A stretch of DNA of 63,743 nucleotides, filler included, from Diploschistes diacapsis (lineage: Eukaryota), in the NCBI GenBank assembly GCA_023645945.1. It is 15 parts of 15 records of this genome, joined end to end, with 100 filler letters (N's around TTAATTAATTAA, not from the genome) between each part and the next. Parts side by side here need not be neighbours in the genome. Positions count along the whole stretch, not along the records: positions 34,288 to 55,909 come from JALAIB010000304.1; positions 56,010 to 57,476 come from JALAIB010003040.1; positions 57,577 to 59,043 come from JALAIB010003041.1; positions 59,144 to 60,610 come from JALAIB010003042.1; positions 60,711 to 62,177 come from JALAIB010003043.1; positions 62,278 to 63,743 come from JALAIB010003044.1; 9 more parts are not named here. One strand, 5' to 3'. Below are positions 51,301 through 63,743 of the stretch, piece after piece (the first letter of the stretch is position 1; each line of letters opens with the position of its first letter). The notes under the pieces are model-generated. The model had not been told where the DNA came from. It ran no database searches and saw only the letters and a program-made list of their open reading frames with translations. Position numbers and translations under genes: made by a program.

Positions 51301-53564
51301 CTGCCCCGGATAACGGTGGCAAAATCCCCCAAGCTTGTCAGATCTGCCTTTGGATCCTTACAGCTCATATGCTCTGATTTTCTGGCCACGGTGCCGGAAA
51401 ATTGTCTTCCGGTTTTGCTAAGTGCCATCCATTCATTCTGTGCTCAGCAAGACGAGTTCAACATCTCCTTAACAGTAAGTGCCTGATACAGCTCATAGGA
51501 TGCCACTTATCTCTGTCGCAGTCTACTACTCTGTTCTGCAATGTCTCGGACCACCTATGGGCCGAGCAAGCCTCTCTTGCTTTAGATGCCTTTGATTCAG
51601 GAGATTCCATTAAACTGGATTCCCTCGAGATACAGAACTTTGAAAACTTGAAAGCCGAACTTGTTCTGCGGCTATTAGTCCTGCTCGCGGAAATAACGAG
51701 GGACTCAAGGCCGGAAATCAGACATGGTAGATTCCAACTGCTAAGCTCTAGTATCTAAGCTGATCTGGATATAGGGGCTATTCACTCAATATTCAGAATA
51801 TTTGATTCCTGTGGGGACAAGCTAAGATCGAGCGACTGGATGGTATGCCAAAACCGTATCGTTCGAAAACTACTTGCGTACAATGAAGAAGCGTTCAAGG
51901 CAGCTGATAATGAGAACGGGAGTGAACGAGATTCAGTCGTCGCAAGTTGGAACGAAGCCGCAACCATTCTTCTCGAGCATACCTCTAGTCTGATAGGCAA
52001 CTTTGTTAACGCTCTGTTGGTCGAGGATGGATTCCTTGATCTCTGGATAGAACTCTGTGCCAGCTTCAAGCTCTTCTTGAAGCGCTTAGACCTTACTTTA
52101 AGCGCCACTGTCTATGCAGCGTTGGAGAAGATATTATTGGAGGTAGAAGAGAAGCATAGGGCCACCTTTGGACCTTGCACCGGTGTAGTATGGGACATGT
52201 GGAAAGAGAACAACCCTTCGACTCACAAATCCCCAGGACGGAAAGCCACAGATAACCAGGCAGCGTTGGTGGCCTACCTCCACTGCCTGACTGCACTGTA
52301 TCCTTTGCTATGTGAGGACTTAAAATTGCACCATATCGAAGTTATCCTCGAGCAATTGCAAAGGTGCGCAATAGGCTCAAGTCCCACCGCTTACAGCGAT
52401 GATAGCGACAATTTGACTGCTCTTCAAATGCAGATCTTGCAATGTATGAAGATACTAGATGACAGCATTCATGGTGCTGCTTCGGAGCTGATAAAGTCCT
52501 CCTCATTTTTTGTCGCCCTCGCATTCCAGCGAGATGCTGCCAGTGCTTCGGGTCGAGGTGGTCCTACATTTGTCGCCCTTGCGAAGGCTTCAATGGACCT
52601 ATTAAGCGTTCACATAGTAAAGCACCGCAACACTTATGATATCTACTCTGACGGAAGCTTTCTGGGAGCGCTTCAAGCTCTACATAATCCAATATCACTA
52701 AAATACCAATGGAGGCCGGAGGGGAAAAGCCCCCCTACTTGGCAGAAAGCTACCAGTACTGCCATCGATATTCTTAAAGCCACAGTCAGCGCACAGAGCG
52801 AAGTATTGCTTAAAGCAGCTGACGTATCTGCACTATGGCAGGGAATACTGGCAATTGCAAAGGCCATCACATCAGCAGATCCTGTGGCCGCGAAGAAATC
52901 CCCATCAGAATCTGCACTTGATCAGTCTTTTGATATTTCTGCTTTCATCAGCATCTTTGACCTCCTAGTCCCTGCGTTGGGTTCATCACAAATACCCGAT
53001 CGTCTTCGCCGCTCATTCTCCAGCTCGCTCTTCCAGAACTCAATCATTCATACCCCTCATCCAGACGACCTACCGGACTCTGACACGGAAGAGATATTGG
53101 CCAACCTTGTTTCAAAGCATATCGGCCGTACAAATGACCTTCCTCCATCACGGCGCGCAAAGATCGCGTACGTTTGCCTCGACAAGCTCTTCGATCTGGT
53201 TGCACAGCACGATTCCTCGGCTGAGCGCGTGCGGCTTGCGCAAGCAACAGCCCCTTTTCTTATTCTCCGTGTCGGTATCGTCCTCAAAGCCTACATCCTC
53301 GACCAGCCACTGCGAGGTCGTATGCCCACGCCGGCGTCACAGAAGAAGGAGCTCCTGTACGTAGTCCAAAAACTGGTGCAGCTAGAAAGCGAGCCCAGAG
53401 CCATTCCAGATGCTCCAGGTATTAAGAGCAAAAGGAAAAAGCATCTGTACAGGGTGTATGGTCTTATCAACAAGGCTATCCCTGTTGCAAGACGGGACTC
53501 AGAAGTTCAAATATCGTTGAATAACGTGATTGAAGTCGTTGCAGAAGACTTTGGGATCGAATAA
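48349..53564 (+). CDS. MON2: Mon2/Ysl2 endosome-Golgi Sec7-family scaffold
   Basis: MTAQILVSELSTLIQDTKRKN..IRNAAEKS, DIQLKILQVLPSL, FGLELIES, RNLLCLRALLN, LVRSAFGSLQLICSDF, QDEFNISLT and YILDQPLRG. About four short introns. Confidence 0.93.
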
Positions 53565-54833
53565 AATTAACAACGAGCATAAACTGACTTGTTCACCTAC
53601 CAATAGCTTCCGCGGCGACACCGAAAGTGGTTTGTGCTTTTGATTGCTGAATCTGGACTAGGGTCATGATGGATCGCTATTGCCCTTGCATCAACATTCG
53701 TGCGTCAGAACGTTGCAATTACAAGCCAACCTAAAGATTCAACAGCATAAACAGAAATGCTCCGGAGCCTTTGTGCACCTTGAGATGAGACTAATGAGCC
53801 AAGCATGCTAAGCTTCATCGATCCACTGTTGCCCTAAAACAACTAGCGTCTCCATTGACTTTTGTGAGGCAAGATAAATCCCTATCTTGGATGACAGGGG
53901 ATAGGGCTTGTGAAGCGTTAGAATATCCAAATTTACGTGTACCTCTCTGTGTCATGAGTATGTTGTCTCAGATGTAAGCAAAACAGGCTTATGGTCTACA
54001 AGTTACGAGATATTTAGGGACTACAAGGGCAACAATCACACGATTCAAGACCAAACTACGGAGAATGAGGCCAATTCGGGCATTTTGCAACTGTAAGAAA
54101 TCCCTTGTCAATTAGAAATTATTGGCTGGCGGATGCCTTGGACACGAGAAGCTAAGCTCCTAGCAGTATTCGCCTGGTTGAGCAGGCAGCCTTGTCCGAA
54201 ACCAATAGCTGCTCCTTCGTGCCTCTTCCTTGACTGTGTACTCCGAATATACAGCCTTGCCTCTCCTGCTTCTTCAATCTATCCTTCTCTCTATTGTGTC
54301 TTATCTTTTGCTAGCATCCCTCAACCAGCTCTTGTCATTTTTGCAATACAGGTAATGAGTTTTCAATTTGAAGTTATCCCATTCCTTGATTAGCTGTATA
54401 ATTTGAATCCTACTTCAATGGTTTTGAGGCACTTTGGCCGTTGTTACAAGACTTCTTCGAGTTCTCCCAGTTACCTTGATTTTACAACAAACGAAGGGTC
54501 CAATATAGCCCTTTGGCCGTGATGCCTTGGTGCTACCGGTCTACATATGGTAACTACCCCATGCTCAACATCACAGTCACTGGTACCCCTTGTAATATGC
54601 CGAGTACCTATCGGGGCTCCGGCCCTGTTGCTATAGTGGGAATGTTCTAGAACAAGTTAGCCACGCAGCGATCTGCCACTCTACACATGCGAGCATGGTG
54701 ACAGTGGTTACTACGAACAGCTTTCCAGGCCAAGCACCAATGATCCGGCTGGTCGAAACAATGCAGAGATTGAATATACCAAATGTCGTATTCATACTGT
54801 AGAGTCCTGTGGACATGCTGTGGCTCCAACGAC

Positions 54834-54905
54834 AACAAAATGGCGCAGTGGAAGCGCGTCGGGCTCAGAACCCGGAGGACATTGGATCGAAACCAATCGT
54901 TGCTG
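54834..54905 (+). tRNA. Initiator-tRNA-Met-like gene with CAG anticodon (probably degenerate or a pseudogene)
   Basis: TGGCGCAGTGGAAGCGC D arm; GGG/CCC anticodon-stem pairs; ATTGG-ATCGAAA-CCAAT T arm (A54/A60); A1:T72. Anticodon loop is CT-CAG-AA. Acceptor stem has 3 mismatches. Confidence 0.75.
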
Positions 54906-56009
54906 GATTGTGTTTTGCTTTTGTCCTTTGTTCTTTAACAGGGCGCCGGCCCATAGGAAATGCACTGCTACCCCTATGAAAGCCGGTGAAGCCTCCCTCA
55001 CTCCAGAGATTGGGCAGGTAAAGTTCGCTATGTGGAGCTAGGACTGGGATCCGCTTGCTGTACTAGAGCACCTGAAGAGCTCCCTACAGGATGAGCTGAT
55101 GTCGATAGCAAATGATGTCTGTCTCCAGGCAGCCATCATGCTTTTGATGTTTTACAAGGATGTCAGTCGGAGAGTCAGTCTTTCAAGACACAATCTACCG
55201 TGGGCACCTCCCTCTCTGACCCATCAATACATCCTTCAGGAGTGTGTACAAGCCCCTATCAAAATATCATGATGCTGATTTCTGGGGAAAAGGACAGACC
55301 AAACCTGCTGCTAGCAATCCTCACCGCACTTAACCTCAGCCTCAAACAACGTGCTTCGCTCCCTTTCCGCTAACCCCCAATCCAGCTCCCCCTTCCCCTT
55401 CCAAACTCTTCTTACGACCACCCATTAACCCCATCCTGCACGCAACCATCAATCCACACGAACCCCCCCTCACCAGAAAAAAGGGCTGTCCTCATCCTCC
55501 TGAAGGCGCCCCTCCCGCCTCCGGCCCAACCTTCATCACACTAGCCTCGCTTATCTCCCTTCATCTTATCAGCACCCCCGCACTTCTGCACCTCATGACC
55601 TGTACTATGCCTCCTTTCCCCTCGCCACCCCTGAACCGCGGCGCCATGAGCACGGCCTCGTGTATGCCCCCTTGCGAAATCCTGCCTGACCCTCTTCCTT
55701 GTCATCGCTTTCGCTTCGGCTTCGGCTTCTGTTTCCGGGCTGATGCGGGTGAAAGTAGTGGAGGAGGAGGAAAAGGAGGAAGAAAGACGAAGAAGGCATG
55801 CTGCGGGACCGGGGATTATGTGATCGGTCTGTCTGATAGATTGGGCTTTGTGCGGAGGACGAAAGGTTTGGGGGGTTGAAAGAGGTGGGTGATGTGGGGG
55901 ATGGAAGGGNNNNNNNNNNNNNNNNNNNNNNNNNNNNNNNNNNNNNNNNNNNNTTAATTAATTAANNNNNNNNNNNNNNNNNNNNNNNNNNNNNNNNNNN
56001 NNNNNNNNN

Positions 56010-56400
56010 TAATAAAAGAAAAGAAGATTATCGTCGAGGCCCGAAAACTTTTAGGATATTTCGAGTAAATTAAACGATATTATTATTTTAAGTATAAACG
56101 GCGTTGGGATAAAAACGCTAACGAGTTTAAAGATATAATCGAAATGTCGTAAATCTTTTTTGTAAATTTCGTTTTTATTATTATGACGCGAAAGTTCGTC
56201 CCTTATTTTATCGTTTCAATCGACGTAATTTTTAATATTAATAAATACCGCTATTTTCTTTTAATAACGATAGAAGTAATTAACGTCGGTACGACGTTTC
56301 CCGTCGTTTTTTAAATTATTGTTAACGAATCGGAAAAGATTTTTAATTAATTATTCGTTTATTTCGATCGATTCGTCTTTATCGCGATATTTCCTAATGC
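56010..56400 (+). mobile_element. RIP-degraded Mutator (MULE) transposase relic
   Basis: ~56210-56314 reads IVSIDVIFNINKYRYFLLITIEVINVGTTFPVVF, resembling the MULE D.TFNTN.Y..PL...G..N.G.TFP.AF segment. Confidence 0.55.
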
Positions 56401-57678
56401 TGTTTAATGTTTTTCGATTAAATGCAAGATATAATCGCCGTTTTTATCCGCCGTTAGGTAGTTATCGGACGACGCGTAACAGCGAACGCGGAACAATAAA
56501 TCGCGGACATAAAGATAGAGGTCGAAAGATTTTTCGAATAGATTAAAATCGTTATAGCGTAAGACGTATCGACGACGATATGCCGCGTAATCGAAATCGA
56601 TTTATTTAAAACGAAAATACGCCTAAAGAAAATCGAGTTAAAAATAACGAAAATAAAAGCGGCGGCGCGAGCAATAATAGAAACGATCGGGAAAAGAAAG
56701 GGCGACGTAGCGATTAAATAAGGATTAACGGCGAAAATATAGACGACGACGATAAATAAAATTAGTTAAAGTATATGCATAGCGAGCGGACACTTATAGC
56801 GAGCGGACATCCTTCTCGATTCGTATGAGTTGTAACTACATTTACATAATTAATTCTTACGATAATTTATTATATTAATTATTAGTATCTTCTTTAAAAG
56901 CTATAGATTTTATTTCGTAAATTCGCGTATTATACCCGGACTGATTATATTTACTATAACGTCGTACGCGCAATTCGACCTCTTTTGTACGACCTTTATT
57001 TTTAGATATATTAACTTCTTTTATACGAATTTCGATCTTTAAAAACTATAATACGATTATTTTTAATACGTTAAATAATTCTTTAATTCGTACGAGCGTT
57101 TGTTTAACCCTTCTTCGTTTATTAAATACCTTATTCTTCGTACGAAGTGTCTTGATTTCGATTTCAAGAATTATTATTCAACGTATAATCGTCCGCGTAA
57201 ATAGTTTAAATAATAGAAACCTATTCTCGATTATCGGGTTGTTTCGTACGAAATCTATTTTTACGATTTTAAAGTAATTACGACCTTTATATGGCCTAAT
57301 ATTCCTATAAGAAAGCCGGTTTTATCGAAATTATAAATATTCGAATCGAAGATATCATATTTATTAATCACGTTACGTACGAGATCGAATTAGTTTGGTA
57401 CGATTCGTAAATCTTTAATTAATACTTTCTAATAACGTATTTTAAATATTTTTTATTATAATACGAAGTTTTATATNNNNNNNNNNNNNNNNNNNNNNNN
57501 NNNNNNNNNNNNNNNNNNNNTTAATTAATTAANNNNNNNNNNNNNNNNNNNNNNNNNNNNNNNNNNNNNNNNNNNNGAAATAAACATGAGGAATATCAAC
57601 TGGCGTTTACCTTTAAATAGAGATACTAGTTATGCCTTTGCGGTTTCTTAAATTCTATTTATCGTAAATCGCCGAAAG

Positions 57679-57811
57679 TGTAACAGCGGGGGTAGTGCTA
57701 ATAGGTAGCTTCTATCCCACTGAGTCAAAAGACTTAACACAATGCTTTCAGGAACCCCGAAGCACTGTTTCCCTATTACACTATATTTAGGTGCGCACAC
57801 TGCGGGCGTTA
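57679..57811 (-). mobile_element. Internally deleted copy of the 170-bp LTR-like unit
   Basis: Reverse-complement match to 31979-32148 (tgtaacagcgggggtagtg...cccgaagcactgtttccctattacactatat). Confidence 0.75.
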
Positions 57812-58135
57812 CGGAAAGCGTAGATCGAGTTTAAAATCTTAAGTTATTTTTTTTATCAATCGCTAGAATGATAATTTAGAAAAAAGGAGATTAATCGTTT
57901 TTTAATATTTTCGGATTTCACGTAATATTTATACTATAAATAATTAAATTATGCTTATAATTCTTATACTTAATTCTCACGACCTACCACCGGATTTAAC
58001 ATGGCGGGCCTTTTTCGGTAAATCTAGAAAGGGAAGGATACGGTTTGGTATGGTAGGTTCAGTTTTTTCGGGATAGCGTATTTAGTTTTTAAAATTTAGA
58101 AAAAGAGCCGGACTAGGATGCGTTATTAATAATGT

Positions 58136-59043
58136 TGAGACAGATCAGCCCAGGCGCCTGCCAAGCCACCGGGGTCATGTGACGACAGGGTCGCATGACG
58201 GCAGGGTCACATGACGGGTGTCAACCGTGCCAAGGATGTTCGGGGGTGGCTGTGTAAGCGGGTAGGACCCGAACCCCGTAGGGCTGGTATTTATACATTA
58301 TTTATTTCTGCTATCCTCTCATTTAGATAGTATCTTTTCTAGCTATTCGAATCGAGACCTTTTATCTGTAGACGTTTAGTTACACGTAATCCTTTCAGAT
58401 CAGGCCCAGCCCCGGGTAGTATAGTATTTTATTCCTGCGTTGGCGTTTTATATTCGAAAAGTTTATTTTATTTTCGTATTCGTAACGAGAGTTTAAAACG
58501 TTAATCGAATTAAGTATTCGAGTAAGTTTACGATAACTGGAATTTAAAAGTATTATTCGTCGATTTATTATAAATAATGGTTTCCGTTGGTAGAAAAGAT
58601 TAAAAAAGAAGAAGAATATCGATAATATTTTCGTTTTTTAAAGAATTAATCGAGATGTTATCGGTTGAAGAATACGATTTAGTAAATGAATCGTTAGTTG
58701 AAAAATAATTTATAAAATATCCCGCGTTACGGTAATTATTAATGTTAAGAATCTTCGAGGGATTTAATATTAGCGAAGAATTAGTACCGGGAAGATCTAA
58801 GAAAGGCTCCCGCGATGAATTCGAACGAAGAAGATTTTCGTTTAAAGATTTAATGAAAGAACGTATTAATTAAGAAATAATAATCGAGAACGTGATAGAC
58901 ATATAATAATAACATCGAATAAAAGAGATTTATTAACGAATTAAAAATAAATGAACGGAATTAATAAAGTTAAAACGTATTTACGTAATAATTGTCGAAG
59001 AAATAAATCGATAGAACAATCGGAAGCTTTAACGATTTTATTA
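58136..59043 (+). mobile_element. LTR-like repeat family A terminus plus internal sequence
   Basis: TGAGACAGATCAGCCCAGGCGCCTGCC is identical to the start at 25577. Three 16-bp units. Confidence 0.8.
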
Positions 59044-59959
59044 NNNNNNNNNNNNNNNNNNNNNNNNNNNNNNNNNNNNNNNNNNNNTTAATTAATTAAN
59101 NNNNNNNNNNNNNNNNNNNNNNNNNNNNNNNNNNNNNNNNNNNACAGTCCATCAACCGTCGGATGTTGTAGTCTATATATCGGAAATACGTCTGATTTCT
59201 AGGTTCTTAATCTTTGTAATAATAAAAGTAAGAAACCAACCATTTATTATAATCAGGACGTAAAGCTACGTATAATAAGTAATATATAGGGTACTATTTT
59301 ATTACCTGCTGTACCCTAGAGTGGAATATGATCCGATTCTAGTTCAAATTGGGCTATCCGTTACGTTTATAAAGATGTCATTTATATATAGCGAATTCAG
59401 CCTCGATTATGGTTATGAAATCCAATTTATTTAATATGTTAGATTCGTTAGCTCGTCCGTTAAAAAGCTAGTCGAAGATATCACCCATTATAATATTATT
59501 ATCTCTGTTCTAATCTTACTTGGTCTACAGGTTTAATCCGGCTGCGTTAGGTAGACCTATCGAAGTAATATTATTCTTAAAATATTATAAGATTTCTTCA
59601 TAGTCCGGAAAATCCACCTTTAATATTGAAATGAAATACTTATAGTTACCTAAGTTATCTAAAGATCGCGCCGGTCGGTTATCTTTTCTAAACATTTGAT
59701 ACGTTTTATTATTAATTTTTAATTATTTTATCCTAAATTTATCCTTATAAATCCAATGTAGTCTTATTATTAAGGTAATTTTGTTTCCTTGCCTGTTCTT
59801 AAGCCCTATAGTTCCGTATATAGTCTTTAAATGCCGAAAACAAAGAAAACGCTCGCGATCCTTAAAAACAAAATTTCTTTCTGAATAAGATACCTTTGGT
59901 TCAGAATAATATATAATTTCCTTTCTTTGAAACGCCAGCGCAGGAAAGGATGCTACTCT

Positions 59960-60246
59960 ACCGGGGGCTGGGCCTGATCCGGAAGGATTAGGTGTAGCTG
60001 GGCATCTGTAGATAAAAGGTCTCGATTCGAAAAGCTGAAAAAGAAACTATCTAAATGGGAGGAAGGCACTATTAAGTAGTATGGATGTCAGGCCTACCGG
60101 GGTTCGAGGACTACCTATTTACACAACCATCCCCTGACCCTGCCGTGTCTTAACAAGCTCCTGGGTATTAACCCTGCCGTATCTTGACAAGCACCTGGGC
60201 ATTAACCCTACCGTGGCTTAACAGGCCCCTGGGCTGGGCTGTCTCA
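59960..60246 (-). mobile_element. LTR-like repeat family A terminus
   Basis: Ends gggctgggctgtctca. Three 34-bp units at 60135, 60169 and 60203. Confidence 0.75.
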
Positions 60247-60924
60247 CTACCCCCCTCTCCAGATGCTTATATCTCTTATAAGCGCGATACTCTTTTTTAA
60301 TCAATCTCCACCTCGATCTTCACCTCTTTTTCTAATTTATTTAAAAGAATACCCGTTATTTTTTCGTAATAGATGTTTCCGTCTCTTTAAATCTCTTTCA
60401 ACGTCGTTTTTAATTAAATACGTTTTTAGATTCTATAAAAGAATATAATCGTCGTAATAATCGATATCGCCTTATTTTAAAAATTCGTCCCCGTTTATAA
60501 TTCTTATTAATATTAATTATTTATTTTCGAGTATTATTAGTTATGAAAATCTTATTTTTTCGAAATTTAATTAATAAAATTTTTATAAGATTTCGAAGAT
60601 ATCTTCGAAGNNNNNNNNNNNNNNNNNNNNNNNNNNNNNNNNNNNNNNNNNNNNTTAATTAATTAANNNNNNNNNNNNNNNNNNNNNNNNNNNNNNNNNN
60701 NNNNNNNNNNAAATAAACGAATCGAATTAAAAGATCGTTTTATATTTAATATAAACGAAATTCTTAAGATAATAATTCGGGTTAAATCGAGTCGGATAAT
60801 TTTAAAACGATTTATAACGCGTAAAAAACGTCGTCGCATTTTTAAAATCGAAAAAGATAAAGAAAAAGAAAATAGATTCGATTTAAATCGATTAGATTCT
60901 AATTGCGACGAATAGGTTATATTT

Positions 60925-61001
60925 AAAAACCGTAGAATGTTAGCGGTAGTGATTTGAAGTGACCGGACTCTGGAGGTGGCCGGACTCACCGTCAAACACG
61001 T
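60925..61001. mobile_element. pogo/Fot1-type TIR end
   Basis: ...ggtggccggactcaccgtcaaacacgt|ta with a subterminal direct repeat. Confidence 0.7.
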
Positions 61002-61830
61002 TATAGGTGATCCATATGTTCTTTAAATTTCGTTGAATAGATCACGATGTTGTTTTAATAGGCGCGATAAAAGGATCGTAGGTTTCTTAATAGGTTGTTT
61101 ATTACACGTTGTACAAAAGTAGGTGTATTCTTATATCCTATAATCGATATTTTAAATGTCTTTTGGTCCCGATGAGATATTATCGTCAATCTATACCGGT
61201 GCTTTTCTTTCGTTTAGAATTGGTAGAAGAATTGGGTAATATTTATTATCGATATGAAGACCGATCCTTTAATAGCGTTTAATATATTTATTTAATGTAG
61301 TATCGGATAGATGTTCCTTTTAGACACCCGGTTTAAGATCTTAATATCGATAACGACACGATTTTTTTTGATATTATTAGTTATTTTCTATATCATAAAT
61401 ATAGGAAAGTTGAACGGCGTAGGTTCTTTAATTTATTCTATTCGGCTTTTATTCTGTAATTTATCGAAAATCTCGTTAATTACGGCCTTATATCGGTTAT
61501 TAATAGAGTATATTTTTGTTATATCGGCGTTGTATTTCTTTCGTTAATCGTTAATTAGTGATATCTTTAATCGTTTTGGTATATTGATATTGTCGATGTT
61601 AATAAATAGGTTAGGATAGCTATCGATTAACTTTTATAGTTCTATTATTTCATACTTGTGTCCGTATGTTATAATTCCGTTATTTAATTTCGATTTAAGC
61701 TTCTTCGGGTTAGTCGAGATAGCTTTAGGTTCGAATTATATAGGAAAATATTTCGCTAGATTCTCGAAGCTGGTATCGATAATATAAATATTATTACCGT
61801 CGTAATCGATGATTAGTTTTGGGCAACGCA

Positions 61831-62038
61831 TGTATTGAAGTCTAGATATCTAGAGATCTAACTAGAAGGAATAGTCTACATACAAGCTCTTATACCAATA
61901 AGATCCACTAAGCCCTATAGACTTGCACTACTCCCGATTAGGATTAGCAGGAACCCCAGTAGGTTCAGCTGAACTGAACCTGAACCTGAGGTTCAGCTGA
62001 ACTTCCCAGCCATGCATTCTACCTACCTGTTCAATACT
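61831..62038. mobile_element. Short LTR-like element (family D)
   Basis: Termini TGTATTGAA...TTCAATAC(T). Internal ctgaac repeats are also seen at 24872-24930. Confidence 0.5.
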
Positions 62039-62822
62039 CCCCTACGGGCGGAACCATCGGCATGTTTATTTAATTTAACTGGATACCTTTTATATTAATT
62101 TAAATCCTTTAACGAACATATCGTGTTTAACATAGTTTAATAATTTCGTTAATCCGTCGGCAACTATCTTATTTATANNNNNNNNNNNNNNNNNNNNNNN
62201 NNNNNNNNNNNNNNNNNNNNNTTAATTAATTAANNNNNNNNNNNNNNNNNNNNNNNNNNNNNNNNNNNNNNNNNNNNGTATTACGCGATGGTTATTATTT
62301 CTATAAAATAAACATTCTTTTATTGAATTGGAATGGCGGCGTCGTCTTTCGTCGGATCGTTTTTAAGAGCGGAAGCCTCACGGGTGCTATAATTTATCAT
62401 AACGCAAAAAATATATTATAATTTCTTCTATTAGCTTATCTTATTTATCGATAAACCTGTTAAACCATTTATTAAAATCGATATTAACGAATAAAACATT
62501 ATCGATTTACGTGTTAATAGCGTCGATAATAATTCCGTAATAAGGCGATAATATTGTAAATAATTATTAAAAAGGAACTTTTAAGGCGTATTCGATTCGT
62601 CTATACGACAGCTTCTTTAAAAGTTTTATTAAATATATTCATATTTTTTGAATAATCGTACCTTCCTTAAATTTATAATTAGCGAACTTAAGATTCAGTT
62701 AACGACGTTCAGGTTCAGTAATCGCCTAGTATTTTGTTTATAGAGAATCTTATCTAGCTTTCGTAGTAGATAAATCACGAAAACGTTCTTAATCGATCTT
62801 CTCTGTACAAATTATAATCTAG

Positions 62823-63278
62823 TGTTATGATCTCTATCTCTACAAGGTAGACACGAGGTATTGATCAACGTGGGTTTGGTCTCTGTTAGAAGAGGTGTAT
62901 AGGAAGGAGAAGAAGTAGATCGGTTATAGGTCTGTACTGATCTTTAGAAAGATTGCTTTCTGTTAATAAAAGATAACGAATATAGATTGATCTCGAACAA
63001 TCGCTAAAGATATTTATAAAAATGAATATATCCCGATTTATAAAAGCCATAACGCGTTTTTATATAGCCAACTGCTTCTTAGCGGAGTAGAGTAATAAAT
63101 AAATAAAATTATCGTTCTCCCGTTTTATTTATAGAAGGTAGAATAGTCTTTAAGGCTTTTTATTCATCACGTGATTAGTGTCATCATGATTGAACTATAT
63201 ATAAGGAATGGTTGGGAAGATGCCCGATCAGCTGTGAAGTGCCAAGTGGACTACCACCTAGTTACTTGGATCGTAACA
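62823..63278. mobile_element. LTR family B, complete 456-bp copy
   Basis: TGTTATGATC...GATCGTAACA, colinear with 29980-30436. Confidence 0.8.
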
Positions 63279-63650
63279 TATATTTCCGTAAATCCTCGGA
63301 CACGGAAACCGTAATTAAAAATTTTAAAACACGGATACTAACACGGACACCGTAATTAAAAAATTTAAAACACGGACATTGATACGGACACTGCATTTCT
63401 ATAAATCCACGGACACGGACACCGCAGCAAAAAAAACTAAAACACTGACACTAACACTGTCAGTGTCAGTGACGGCCAGCCTAACACGGACATTGACACG
63501 GACATTATAATATAATAAAAGCACGGACACGGATATTATAATTAAGATTTTTAAAACACGGATATTAATACGGATATTATAATATAATAAAAGCACTGAC
63601 ACGGATACTACAATACAATAAAAATACGGATACGGGATATTATATTAAAA
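63279..63650. repeat. Hexamer-array TIR element fragments (same family as 23746-24392)
   Basis: cacggacacggat / cactgacact arrays. The TIR ...gacggccagcc|ta ends at 63481 and further array sequence follows. Confidence 0.7.
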
Positions 63651-63743
63651 TATTCGTGTATTTATTGACATTATTCTAATATACGTATATTATTTTAACA
63701 GCGTAAGAATTGATCGTAAGAATTAAACGTAAGAATTTTATTT

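Noticed and set aside
47157..53564. Divergent MMS2-MON2 pair as a functional cluster
   Set aside because: Both are ordinary housekeeping genes and nothing beyond compact spacing links them.
21628..62277. Regularly spaced TTAATTAATTAA motif with ~1.47-kb intervals, superficially array-like
   Set aside because: It is an artificial linker inside N runs. Contig sizes fall monotonically from 1472 to 1466, which reflects file ordering rather than biology. It is not CRISPR or a repeat array.

Overview
Fungal (filamentous ascomycete-type) genomic DNA. It is not one continuous locus: 15 contigs are joined by 14 artificial 100-nt spacers (N44-TTAATTAATTAA-N44), so adjacency across spacers has no biological meaning. 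Contig 1 (1-21627) carries a compact secondary-metabolite locus: an AflR-like Zn2Cys6 regulator, a 7-exon non-reducing PKS (SAT-KS-AT-PT-ACP-TE), a PTH11-like membrane protein, a class II aldolase pseudogene, a MITE and a tRNA-Ser(AGA) with a 131-nt structured intron. The PKS has a melanin/T4HN-synthase-like TE, appears to have lost both SAT catalytic residues, and keeps only a stub of a second ACP. The second large contig (34288-55909) is mostly housekeeping: a hypothetical S/P-rich protein, GIR2/RWD protein, GH92 alpha-mannosidase, a frameshifted small secreted Cys-rich protein, a Zn2Cys6/Fungal_trans regulator, MMS2, MON2, and an initiator-tRNA-like gene whose anticodon reads CAG instead of CAT. 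The 13 small (~1.47 kb) contigs are AT-rich, RIP-mutated nests of Copia, Gypsy, pogo/Fot1 and MULE relics with several recurring LTR/TIR families. One of them holds an intact 280-bp foldback element built from an LTR-like unit and flanked by a perfect 5-bp target-site duplication. All calls were made by eye from motifs and splice signals; no database searches were run.
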